A DNA stretch of 64,000 nucleotides from Ruditapes philippinarum. Taxonomy: Eukaryota. Under the pieces are notes generated by a model. The model made no database searches and was not told the DNA's origin. It saw only the letters and a list, made by a program, of their open reading frames with translations. Within the stretch, counting starts at the first letter, position 1, and the number at the start of each line of letters is the position of its first letter. This document shows positions 15,000-25,800 of this stretch, piece by piece. The stretch lies in contig NW_026852809.1 in NCBI RefSeq assembly GCF_026571515.1, forward strand, positions 1-64,000, given 5' to 3'. The position numbers were made by a program, and so were the translations under genes.

Positions 15000-15178
15000 T
15001 GTTCCTTTTACGTGAGGCAGCCATTCGGATATCTAACGGAACCACGGCGGTCTTTCTCAGGTAACCGTTCGTGCCTGAAACATGGAGTGGTTCCGCAGTT
15101 TTTCCTCTACTAGTTGGAAGCTGAAAAATCGTCTTTAACATGTTGGTACGACAATAAATTCAACAAACCAACCAACGC
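15000..15178 (+). mobile_element. Meta-domain SINE fragment
   Basis: GTGAGGCAGCCATTC...ACGGAACCACGGCGGTCTTTCTCAGG...GTTCGTGCCTGAAA...AAGCTGAAAAATCG, ending in a CAAC tail. Confidence 0.6.
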
Positions 15179-16513
15179 ATCGTTTAATTGGAAGTCATTT
15201 TATAGGTTTGCTATTGCAGGACTTAGTACAAAAACGATTATTTATACAAGCCATGCTAATTTTGTTTCCGACACTTCAATGGCTCCCCAATTAAACAAAA
15301 TATACTTTTTTGACGTTTTCTAGTCATGTATCAATTTTGTGGGATATGCACTTCTCAGTCCTCTTTATAACTAATTTATTCTTTATCAATTACTTATTAT
15401 GACAAATGCAGTAATAAAACAAGACAAAACATTAAAATTATTTTAAAGTCCAAATGAATTTCTGAATCTGGGATAAGAGAAAAATAAACATTAATTACAA
15501 AGTTGGAGATCTACTGTTAGGGGAGAATTTCGCCTCGCCCGAGAATTGAAAAAGCGACACATGTATTACCGTTCATGAAACTCTTTCTAATGAACCAAGC
15601 GGATAGCTATTGTTTTTTGCAATGTTCAAATATATTTAATGTTTTTTTCTATAAATTTCAGGTACATTATAATAACACTTTCAAGTCATTTCAATGGTTC
15701 TTTGATTTGCTCTGAATTTGGCGAGACCAGCAGTAATTCTTTTTATTCATTTTCACCATTATCAAATAACTGTTTTGAATCAAAACAATCCACATTTATT
15801 TACAAGGCTTGGTATAAACAAGTATAGGCGGTGGACAAATTCATAAAACAACATGTATGCAAATACTGAAAAGTTTCATACGATTACTTAATCACTAAAT
15901 AAATACAAGAAAGAAAGGTAAATGAACTATCAAAATTATTGATTTGAATTGTTGAAAAAAAATGACAAGCTATGCAAACAATGCTGACGAGTTTTTCTTT
16001 AAAAAATATAGCTGTAATGAAAAGAAAGACTGTGCAAAATTCATTTTGTCCTTATAAGGCATACATTAAGTAATTATGTACTTTGAACTATTTAAAGATA
16101 CAGTTGATGTAATAATCAAGACTTGACTTGTTTACAAAGTTTTCATAAGATTGATAAAAGGAAATGCTTTCATTCATTTTGAGTGGTTCGAAGAGTAAGT
16201 AAATAAAAATGTGTCAACTAGTATCGTATTACACTTTCAATTAGGTTTAGAAAATTCGGATTGATGCTAATAAAAGAAACACAATAAATAACTTAGTTTA
16301 GCTGTTTACTGATGTCCAATAAAAAAAATGCCAAGTATACTATCCAGCATTGGTAATATGCAAGATGTCTATATTTGTATATTTTACGAACTGATTTTAT
16401 TGTACAGGCCTTTCTGGTTTAACTACCTTGTACAAGGTCGAACATTCGGTAAATTTAGCATATTTCCCTAAACAATCGACCATATATACATGAAAGTAGT
16501 AATGTTTTCTGAA

Positions 16514-16728
16514 TGTTTGTTTGTTTGTTTCATTTTACGCCTTTTGTCAACAGTATTTTAGTCATATAGGCGGATAGTTTCCTAACCATCGTTCCTGGAA
16601 AGTTACACCAGTACTAGGCTACCTTCCTCCGAGCTAAACTACTAAAGCATCTCCAGGGGATCGAACCCACGCCAGAGAGGTAACTGGATAAGAACGCATC
16701 GACTTTAACCCCTCGACCAAGAAGCGGT
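16514..16728 (-). mobile_element. tRNA-derived SINE with 12-bp TSD
   Basis: A box TGGTCGAGGGG, B box GGTTCGATCCC, (AAAC)n tail; TSD ATGTTTTCTGAA at 16502-16513 and 16729-16740. Confidence 0.9.
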
Positions 16729-19096
16729 ATGTTTTCTGAAAGGTTTTGTACTGTTATATTTTTCATTTTTTAATATACGGGGGAGAATCACGCCGTTTGT
16801 TACCTAAACAAACAAGATGGCGGATACAGCCGAAAAGTAAGTTTTTCCCTTTTTTTTCTCTGAAATTCGTGATGTTCTTGTGTAACGGTATACACTGAAC
16901 GAAAGTTCTAACCGGTCACCCTGAGTTGACGCTTATATATGAAAAAGAATAATACCAATAGATCCGACTTTTATTTTATTTCAAAGAGAATGAACACATT
17001 GAGAACAATAAAATTATAAAAAAAAATTTATTTAAATAATACTTTATCGATATTTTTAAAAAAATATTTTTATGAATAGCCAATCACCTGTCTGATAGAG
17101 GCTCCAGCAGTCAACATTCCAACTGCTACGGGACGATCCTGCATCGACATTCGTGCCATATTTTATGTTTTCTCACTTATAAAGTTAACAAGGATTTATG
17201 CAATGTAAAATTTAATACTCACCACGCTCTGCACGAACATTTCGTGCCAGAATGTGTAAACCGCGCCCTGTTTCCAGCTTGAGTGCATCGAACCGTATTA
17301 AATTATTTTTCATTCCACAAATCGGTAGAAAATGACACAAAAATCACCTCTGCAAAATTTTATAAGGATCTATTGACCCGTTATAAAATAATCAAAATTT
17401 AAAAAGTGATCGATTAGAACTTTTGTTTTGTGTATATAATAACCTTCTCCACAATTTTCTGGGCACACATGATTTTATTTCATGATGTTTCGTCCCGTAC
17501 TTCTTTTGAAATGCGCGTCACAAGAATCGAAGCGAGAGAATATTCCACCCGTTTGATCGTGATACTGCTGTAAATATTAATATCGGGACACGTATGGAGC
17601 ACAAAATATCAATGCTAACGTACGGCGCTTTTTTCTCCTTGGTAGATTTCCATTTGTTCAGTCAGCTGATAATGAATTATTTGTACGTAGGAAATGATAG
17701 ATATCTGAAAAAAATGTTTGTCAGTTCAGAAATAAATAATTGAACAATGCTGTCCCATGAATATGACTATCTTTCTAGATGTTGGCATAATAGATATTCG
17801 TTGCTAATATGCATATACCAACATTTATCTACCAATTGAAACACACAAGTATAGTTTCAGAATATTTTTGTATAAAATGCAAAATGAAAAGAAAAGCCTC
17901 CACTTTTAGTAAATATTTGTGTATTGCTGTCTTCATATTATATTAAAAGTGATTGCGGGTAGCTTACATCCAGATGAAATAAGTCAGCGTTTATTCAATC
18001 TGGTCGCTCATTGAAAGAAAAAAAAATCATAACAGAGAATAATAATTAACAATCAAGCACCCTCATACCGATCGGGATGATCGGCTTTTATTATTGGCAA
18101 CTATAAAAGGCTCGAGAAGTTGCTGTCGCCCTTTCACAAAATCTCATTTCATTCCAATAGGCGCCGCGCTTCGGCGCGGACGCCAATGAATGGGTGTAGG
18201 TTCTATATTGAGTTTTGTTGAATGAGTTAAAAATAATGTTATGCGAAAAAGTTCAATTAATTTAGTAAATAAGAAATTTCCTATTTATTTGAGGGGCGGT
18301 TAATATTGAAACGATACCATTTAGCGTGACGTTGAGGCACTTTGACGCCAGATACGTATTTGCACGTTCTAGCCATACATATTTTTATTTTAAATGAAAG
18401 GAACGGACGTCATAATTTAATCAAAACAGTTACATGCAATTCATGAATTTGCCTATCATATTCTGGCGTTTTTCCAGAAATGCCTCAATTTCTTGAAAAA
18501 AAAAAAGTATTGTAGGTATCAGCAATAAAAGAGTGACATGAAATTTGCTTATAAAATTTCTAGTGGTAAACATTTTACCGACTATGAAATATAAAGTTTC
18601 AAATCGGATTTGGATTTCGATGTTTTTATCCTTGCCGGAAAACGTCATTATCTTTATGAAAGAACTGTTATAAAAATTACTACGCTACTATGAAAATAGT
18701 ATTTTCGAAGCATAAGTGTTCATCCGTGCTGTTCTACAGAAATAAGATAAGAAACTTAGACGTTTTCCTACCGCTCCCGTCGAAGTTTCTAATTTCTGTA
18801 GAACAGCACGGATGAACACTAACATATACTTAGTAATAAAAATATATTAATTGACATTTTGTTTTGGTTTTTACTTTAACATGTGTAGTTTCTTTTTCGC
18901 CATGACGTGGATTTAAATCTAAACTGCATGTATATCCTTTATCCATAAATAAAAATTTTAAATAGGTTGCTCTTTTGACGTCATTTTTACTTAATTAATA
19001 AATATTCAAAAGCGGCCCACGAAAGCACATGTGCAAATTTATGCAAATGACTAATTTTTACACAGGCGGTTCTATGAAACACTATGACAAACAGAA

Positions 19097-19728
19097 TATA
19101 GATAAATACAGAATCCCTAAAGAAAGCCCAACACGACAAAATTGCAAATGTTGCAGGCTCGGTTTGATTGAGCCTGTTCATGGACGGTACTGGAAAGTGC
19201 AAGTTACCGTCCACGCCCCCTAGCACCGGCTTAAGCAGAATTCAACATTTAAACATGAAATAGTAAAATTTTAAATTTAGAAACATCCGCAGATGTGTTC
19301 ATATGGCGGTTATCATGGAACCTTCAATGTGACACAGTAGTGCCATTCCATGAAAAGCGGCGTATGGTCCCCAATTAAAAAAATACGTGTGCCCTAAACG
19401 AGAAAACAATGGGCGGAACTAAATAAAATGGAATTTTGAAAGGGGATCAGAGGTTATGAAGCCTGCGTATCACAGATAAGACGTCAAAAGACAAATTTAA
19501 AAAACAGGCAACATATCCTAAGGGTGATTCAACATTATTCAAGTAGGAATATTGGAACCACCCAACTAGAAAATGCCGAAAAATTGAAACTAAAAATACC
19601 ACAAGCACAACAATAATGTCGTGCTGAACGATCTTCAAGGATCGAAAATATAACATCATTGATTAAATGTACGGGGAGACTTTTTACAGCCGCCACACGG
19701 CACAAATAACACGGATGTGATCATAATA
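19097..19728 (+). mobile_element. Unclassified ~630-bp multi-hairpin repeat, full copy
   Basis: Exact 630-bp period with the next copy (GATAAATACA at 19101 and 19731); hairpins 19154-19176, 19181-19213, 19300-19366. Confidence 0.8.
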
Positions 19729-20051
19729 TAGATAAATACAGAATCCCTTAAGAAAGCCCAACACGACAAAATTGCAAATGTTGCAGGCTCGGTTTGATTG
19801 AGCCTGTTCATGGACGGTACTGGAAAGTGCAAGTTACCGTCCACGCCCCCTAGCACCGGCTTAAGCAGAATTCAACATTTAAACATGAAATAGTAAAATT
19901 TTGAATTTAGAAACATCCGCAGATGTGTTCATACGGCGGTTATCATGGAACCTTCAATGTGACACAGTAGTGCCATTCCATGAAAAGCGGCGTATGGTCC
20001 CCAATTAAAAAAATACGTGTGCCCTAAACGAGAAAACAATGGGCGGAACTA
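19729..20051 (+). mobile_element. Same element, head-to-tail partial copy
   Basis: Near-identical to 19099-19421. Confidence 0.85.
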
Positions 20052-22045
20052 GAAGTCAACTATGAACGGAATTTGATTAAGTATCGACTTTTGTTCTTCT
20101 ATGAAAATTAACACACATAATGTTGGAGAAATACAGCGTTTCCATTGGATGACAAATAAAGTTGGCCACTAATTTATAGTATCCTTCTATTTTTCATAGT
20201 GCTTCATTGAACCGCGTTCGTAAAAATAGGTATACGGACGTCATAAAGTAAATATTTATGAGGCCAAATAAAGCTTGACACTAAATATGCAAATATTCAT
20301 CCGAAACTGTACTACTGAAATTAGAAACATTCTCCGATCGCTATCGCTCCCGTCGAAGTTTCTAATTTTCTGTAGAACAGCACGGATGGATACTGACATA
20401 TACATAGATATTTCAAACTTGGGATCAAGTTTAACTTTTGACGACAATTTACAAACCACAAAAAGTGGGATAGCTGCTCTATTTCGAGTATGATATGCAA
20501 GAAAACATATCAACCGTGATTACATATATCGGATTTATGTATTTCTATCCCGACATATATGATTATGCAAAATTCAGTTTTATTTGGTTCTACACATCCT
20601 CTTATGTCTGGAAAGACCTTAGCAAGAAGCATTACTTTTCTATCCAAAACTAACTGATATAGTGAGAAAATCTTTAAGCAGAAAAAATGCGGCTGTACTT
20701 GTATAAATTGATTATGTTATCATTTTCCAGGGATCAATGCCCCGATAGTGGAGATTATGTTACAGCGGTTATTCTAGTCAGAATGGCATGAATGGTTAAA
20801 TAACGAATAGTTAAACTTTTTAAAGTCAGTGGTTTCAGTAATATACATTGTAACGAAGACAATGATGTTTTAGAGACGAAGCCGTGCGTGTAACATGATC
20901 GAAAGACCGATGGAAAATTATCTCGCTTCGGAAATCTGGTGAGGCGCATTTAGATGAAGCTACATGACAGAACATCATGTAATAAAATGCTGTGTGCCCG
21001 AAAAAGTGTTGAAGGCTGTTTATATGTACTTTTACACTGGAAATTAAATGTTAGGAATAAAAAAACTTAGTTTTCCGCCATCTTGTTTGTTTGGGTAACG
21101 AACGGCGTAAGTTTCCCCCGCGTTATACCAGAGACTGTCGTTTTCCTACTAATTTTATTACGCTTCTTTGTCAGAAACGTTTCGTCAAAACACTTATACG
21201 GTGTATCTTCATAATCATGATTGAAATTGTAGCCATTTTGCCTTACTTTGTTTGACATTCTTTGTGTGAAGTGATTTGCTTCTTTTAGTATTCATTTTCC
21301 CTGAAGATTAAATATGAAATATGTTGACATATTGGATATTGGAAATTAACACACGTCATGTGTAAGGACTAAACTATTTGACGACAAAACGTTTCAGTTT
21401 CGTTTTGAATATATGTCATACAGAAATCCTATGTATTGAAAATTACTACTGGGAAAAGTACTTTTGTCGCTACTTTTTCTAAAGAATCAAAAAAATAAAT
21501 TGAAGGCATACTATAATTTATCACCGTTGTCTATGATTTCGGTGTCAGCTTAAATCGATAAAAGTAAAATTATAAGATACTCGATCAGAGAATGTTAACA
21601 GTTAAACGCGTAAGTTATGTTGTGGCATTCACTTCAAAATTTCGTTTCCTTCTGTATATTTTAGATACTGAGTCGTCTCTCTCTCTCGCCTCTCTCCCTC
21701 TCTCATTCGCGCTCTCTCTCTCCTCTCAGTCTCTTCGTCTCTCTCTCTCTCTTATTCTTATACGATTTTATTATTCCCCCTTTTTTTCTTTTTTTTTTCA
21801 TAAAAAAAAACTATTTGCTATGTTTTTTTAATGTATATCAATGTCTTATGGTTTTTTTTTATCTTAATTTATTTAGTTTCATTTTCATAATTTTTGTACT
21901 TGATTATTATTGAACTCTTAGAATTACAAGCAGTACATATTTTGTTTATATATGAATGTTATCATTAATACTACTGTTTCATTTCAAAGAGAGAGTTTCC
22001 TAAAAAAGCTTCAAGGGCTTTGCTACTCAATCCTTTTTGCATTTT

Positions 22046-22205
22046 NNNNNNNNNNNNNNNNNNNNNNNNNNNNNNNNNNNNNNNNNNNNNNNNNNNNNNN
22101 NNNNNNNNNNNNNNNNNNNNNNNNNNNNNNNNNNNNNNNNNNNNNNNNNNNNNNNNNNNNNNNNNNNNNNNNNNNNNNNNNNNNNNNNNNNNNNNNNNNN
22201 NNNNN
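22046..22205. other. Assembly gap (160 N)
   Basis: Run of n. Confidence 1.
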
Positions 22206-22894
22206 AAAAGATTGAAAGCGTAAATATTTATGACATATATTCTATCTATTTATTTAAAATTTATACTTTCATATTAAGGAAACTATGTTCAGGAAATTTA
22301 TATTAAACAGTTTTTAAGCAAAATATCATGACTTGTAAAAGTACCGGTACTAAATTACTTCCAAAATAAAAGTACTGGTATTTGTACTGATACCGCATAA
22401 GTTGACAAGTACTGATACTGGTAATTAAGGGAGAACACCCCTAATGGGCATTAAAAGGAACTGTAAAATTGACAGCATAGGACAGTTAAAGGCCTTACAT
22501 GTCACCTGTATGCAAAATTTAAACAAAAGTTACCCTGTGGTTTATGAGTTATTGACATTTTTCTGAACTAAAACTTTGCCATTAGAAGGGCTTTTTCTTC
22601 AGAAATGAGGAAACTCTAAATAATCTATGATATCATCATTATCAAAAATGTTTTCCTATTGCTCATTGCTCAGAAACAAATAATGACATTAAGGTAACAA
22701 ATTTATCAAGCAAAATGATTGTTTTTTTAAACGAAATGTGTTTAATGTGTATAAAAATGTAACCCTATCCCACCCACTTTTAACACTTATTTGACCATTT
22801 CCATATGCAAAAAGCCTAAATAATAGTTTTAATAGTTTTTCAAACATTTTCTTAAATTAATATTGGTTGGTCTTGCAAATATAAAATACATTTA

Positions 22895-25800
22895 TGTCCG
22901 TGAAGTACGCGGGCTAACGGGCTAGCAGTCTAGCGGGCTAACAGTGTGAACTGAGCGGGCTAGCAGTCTAGCGGGCTAACAACTGGGCGGGCTAGCAGTC
23001 TAGCGGGTTAAACTCTAAATCTTAGCAGATTAAACATGAAAACCTCATGATACATTTCCTAGCAGTGTGATGTGGGCGGACTAACAGTGTAAGGGGGCTA
23101 GCAGTGTGAACTAGGGGGCGGCGGCGGGCTGCGCGGCCAGCGGGCTAAACTCTAAAAACTTAACGATGCGACAAATGAAAACCCTCATGATACATTATCC
23201 TAGCAAGTGTTAAATGTGGGCGGGCTAGACGTGTAGGGCGGGCTTAGCAGTGGTGAACTGGGCGGCTGGGCGGGCAGCGGGGCTAACACTTTCATACTTA
23301 ATTGAATTTCCTTAAATTAAAACCTACATGATAATTTCACTAGCAAGGTGTGAAGTGGGCGGGGCTAAACAGTGTAGCGGCTAGCAGTGTGAGTGGGCGG
23401 GCTGGTCGGGCCAAGCGGCTTAACTTTAATACTAACTGATTCAACATGAAAAACGTTATGATGCCATCTTCCTAGCAAGTGTGAAGTGGGCGGGCTAACA
23501 GTGTAGGCGGGCTAAAGTGTGAGCTGGGCGGCTGAGGGCGCAGCGGGCAGCGGGCTAAACTAATACTTAATTGAATCCATATTAAAACCTCATGAATACA
23601 TTTCCTAGCAGTGTGACGTGGGCGGCTAACAGTGAAACGGCTAGCCAGTGTGAATGGGCGGCTGGCGGGCCCAGCGGGTTAAACTTTTAATACTTAATTG
23701 AATCAACATTAAAGACCTCATGATACATTTCCTAGCAGTGTGCAATGTGGAATGGGCCGGCTAAGCAGTGTTGGCGGGCTAGCGTGTGAAATGGTCGGCC
23801 GCTGGCGGGCTAGCGGGAATAAACTCTAAAACTTAACTGATTGAACATGAAAACGTTATGATACATTACCTGGCAGTTTGAACTGGCTGGGCTAACAGTG
23901 TAGTGGGCTAGCAGTGTGAACTGAGCGGGCTGGCGGGTCAGCGGGCTTAACTTTAAAACTTAATTGAATCAACATTAAAACCTCATCATACATTTCCTAG
24001 CATTGTTAAGTGGGCGGGCTAACAGTGTAGCGGGCTAACAGTGTGAACTGGACGGGCTGCCGGGCCAGCGGTTTCAACGTTAATACTTAATTTAATAAAC
24101 ATTAAAACCTTATGATTCATTTTCTAGCAGTGTAAGCTCGGCGAGCTAACAGTGTAGCGGGCTAGCGGTACAAATTAAGCGTGCTAGCAGTTTAGTGGTC
24201 TTAATTCCATACTTAATTATTTTAACACTAAACGTTATGATGCATTTGCTGTTAGTGTGAACTCGGCGGGCTAACAATGCTTGTTTCATATGGTATACCA
24301 CGATCCTTGAGAATTGTCACAAATAATGTACACTAAAGTTTTTAAATCCGTATTGACGATTACAAATGATGTAATTATTAGCAGAGAAAAAAACAATCTT
24401 GTGAAAAGAAACACTCTGGGCAACATAAGGTTTTAGTAGGGCAAATGCAAATGTAGGAACCTCATAGTAGATGAGCAGAGCTGGCCACCGAGCTACATAC
24501 TTAGGATATGATATTCGTACATGACAGAAGATTGTCTTTGGACAATAGTCTGCATTTATTAGGAAGCGGATCCTGTAGGCTATGGTGGTTAATACATTAT
24601 AGGTAATACAGGGGTCTTCAGAGTCGATCTCGCTCCTTCAACAATCATTATCTTCTCTATCATATATAGTCCTTCTCTATACGATGGGCATTTATAAGCG
24701 TTAGGTCCCGTGTAGGGTTCGGTGCTTTTATTCACCTCGTGCACATAAAAGAATCCATAATATGTGTCTCACATATGGGCCATCTTCTGTAACTCCCTGC
24801 ACTATTGTGAAAAACCACAAAGGCGACCGGCATACCGATACCTGACAGATGTACCCTCAGAGTTTCCTCACTATCTGGGGATCCAACAGTCTTTCGGATG
24901 GGACTTTAAATGTGGAAATTGACAGTGGTTATGATAAGCTGACCAAAATGTGATTAGAAAACAAAGAAAAGTTGGTCTGATAACAGCATTATGTAAAGTT
25001 AAATAATGAATCTTTAATATTATTGTTGAAGCAGTAATTTACTGATTATAACGTTTCTATTCTGTTCTATAATATACAATTAAAGTTGTGTTCTATTTAA
25101 ATAAAAGGTGTTATCAATATACACAAATGTGTCAGTTTTATTTTGAGAATCCTTATAAAACTGAAAAAGTTTTATATGTAATGTTTATTTAATCAACTGC
25201 TTATGTTGTTAATCGCTAAATCGTGAATAGTGCCAGTGTGAGCCCTGTATGTATCTCTGGTGCATCTTCTTCTTCACTACATGAGGTGCCTTACTACTAA
25301 AATCTTATGTTGCAGTGTTTTTTTTTCTGTTTCAGTTAAGATTGTCGTTTTTTCTGTATATCATGCATCACTCAATACGGATTTTAAAACATTTAGTGTA
25401 CATATTTGTGACAATTCTCAAGGAACGTGTATACCATATGAAACAAGCATTGTTAGCCCGCTCATTTCACACTGCCAGCAAATGCATCATAACGTTTTAG
25501 TGTTAAAATAATTAAATATGGAATTTAGACCCACAAGACTGCTAGCACGCTGAATTTTTACCGCTAACCCGCTACTCTGAGCTTACACTGCTAGGAAATG
25601 TACCATAAGGTTTTAATGTATATTCAAATAAGTATTAAAGTTTATCCCGCTGGCCCGACAGCCCGTCCAGTTCACACTGCTAGCTGCTACAACTGTTAAG
25701 CCCGCCCACTTTAACACTGGCTGGAATGTATCATGAGGTTTTAAATGATGATTTCCATTAAGTTATTAAATGGTTTAGCGCGCCAGCCCGCCCATTCACA

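Larger units (their letters stand above)
16778..21120. mobile_element. 4.3-kb non-autonomous TIR element, composite
   Basis: ~47-bp imperfect TIRs CGGGGGAGAATCACGCCGTTTGTTACCTAAACAAACAAGATGGCGGA / TCCGCCATCTTGTTTGTTTGGGTAACGAACGGCGTAAGTTTCCCCCG; second inverted pair ~17430-17565 / ~20890-21030; absent from the paralogous segment at ~46697/48390. Confidence 0.8.
15620..21670 (+). repeat. Segmental duplication copy A (unique parts 15620-16777 and 21121-21670)
   Basis: Collinear with 45385-46697 and 48400-48910, e.g. TTCAATGGTTCTTTGATTTGCTCTGAATTT, ATCAAGACTTGACTTGTTTACAAAGTTTTCAT, AGAAACGTTTCGTCA. Confidence 0.85.

Noticed and set aside
19029-19223. Cys-containing ORF (RQNCKCCRLGLIEP) as an antimicrobial peptide, and the repeated antisense MLGGVDGNLH ORFs
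   Set aside because: They lie in the repeat; other copies have stops or frameshifts; no signal peptide; the antisense ORFs start at a non-ATG codon.
19624-19647. CTGAACGATC..GATCGAAA as a hammerhead core in the 630-bp element
   Set aside because: Not CUGANGA spacing, no stem III/NUH found, and not conserved in the 36410 copy.
19097-19728. Element as telomerase RNA, 7SK, RNase P/MRP or an snRNA pseudogene
   Set aside because: No CUAACCCUAA template or diagnostic boxes recognised; not excluded without an Rfam search.
21952-22306. ORFs spanning X runs
   Set aside because: Artefacts of the N gap.
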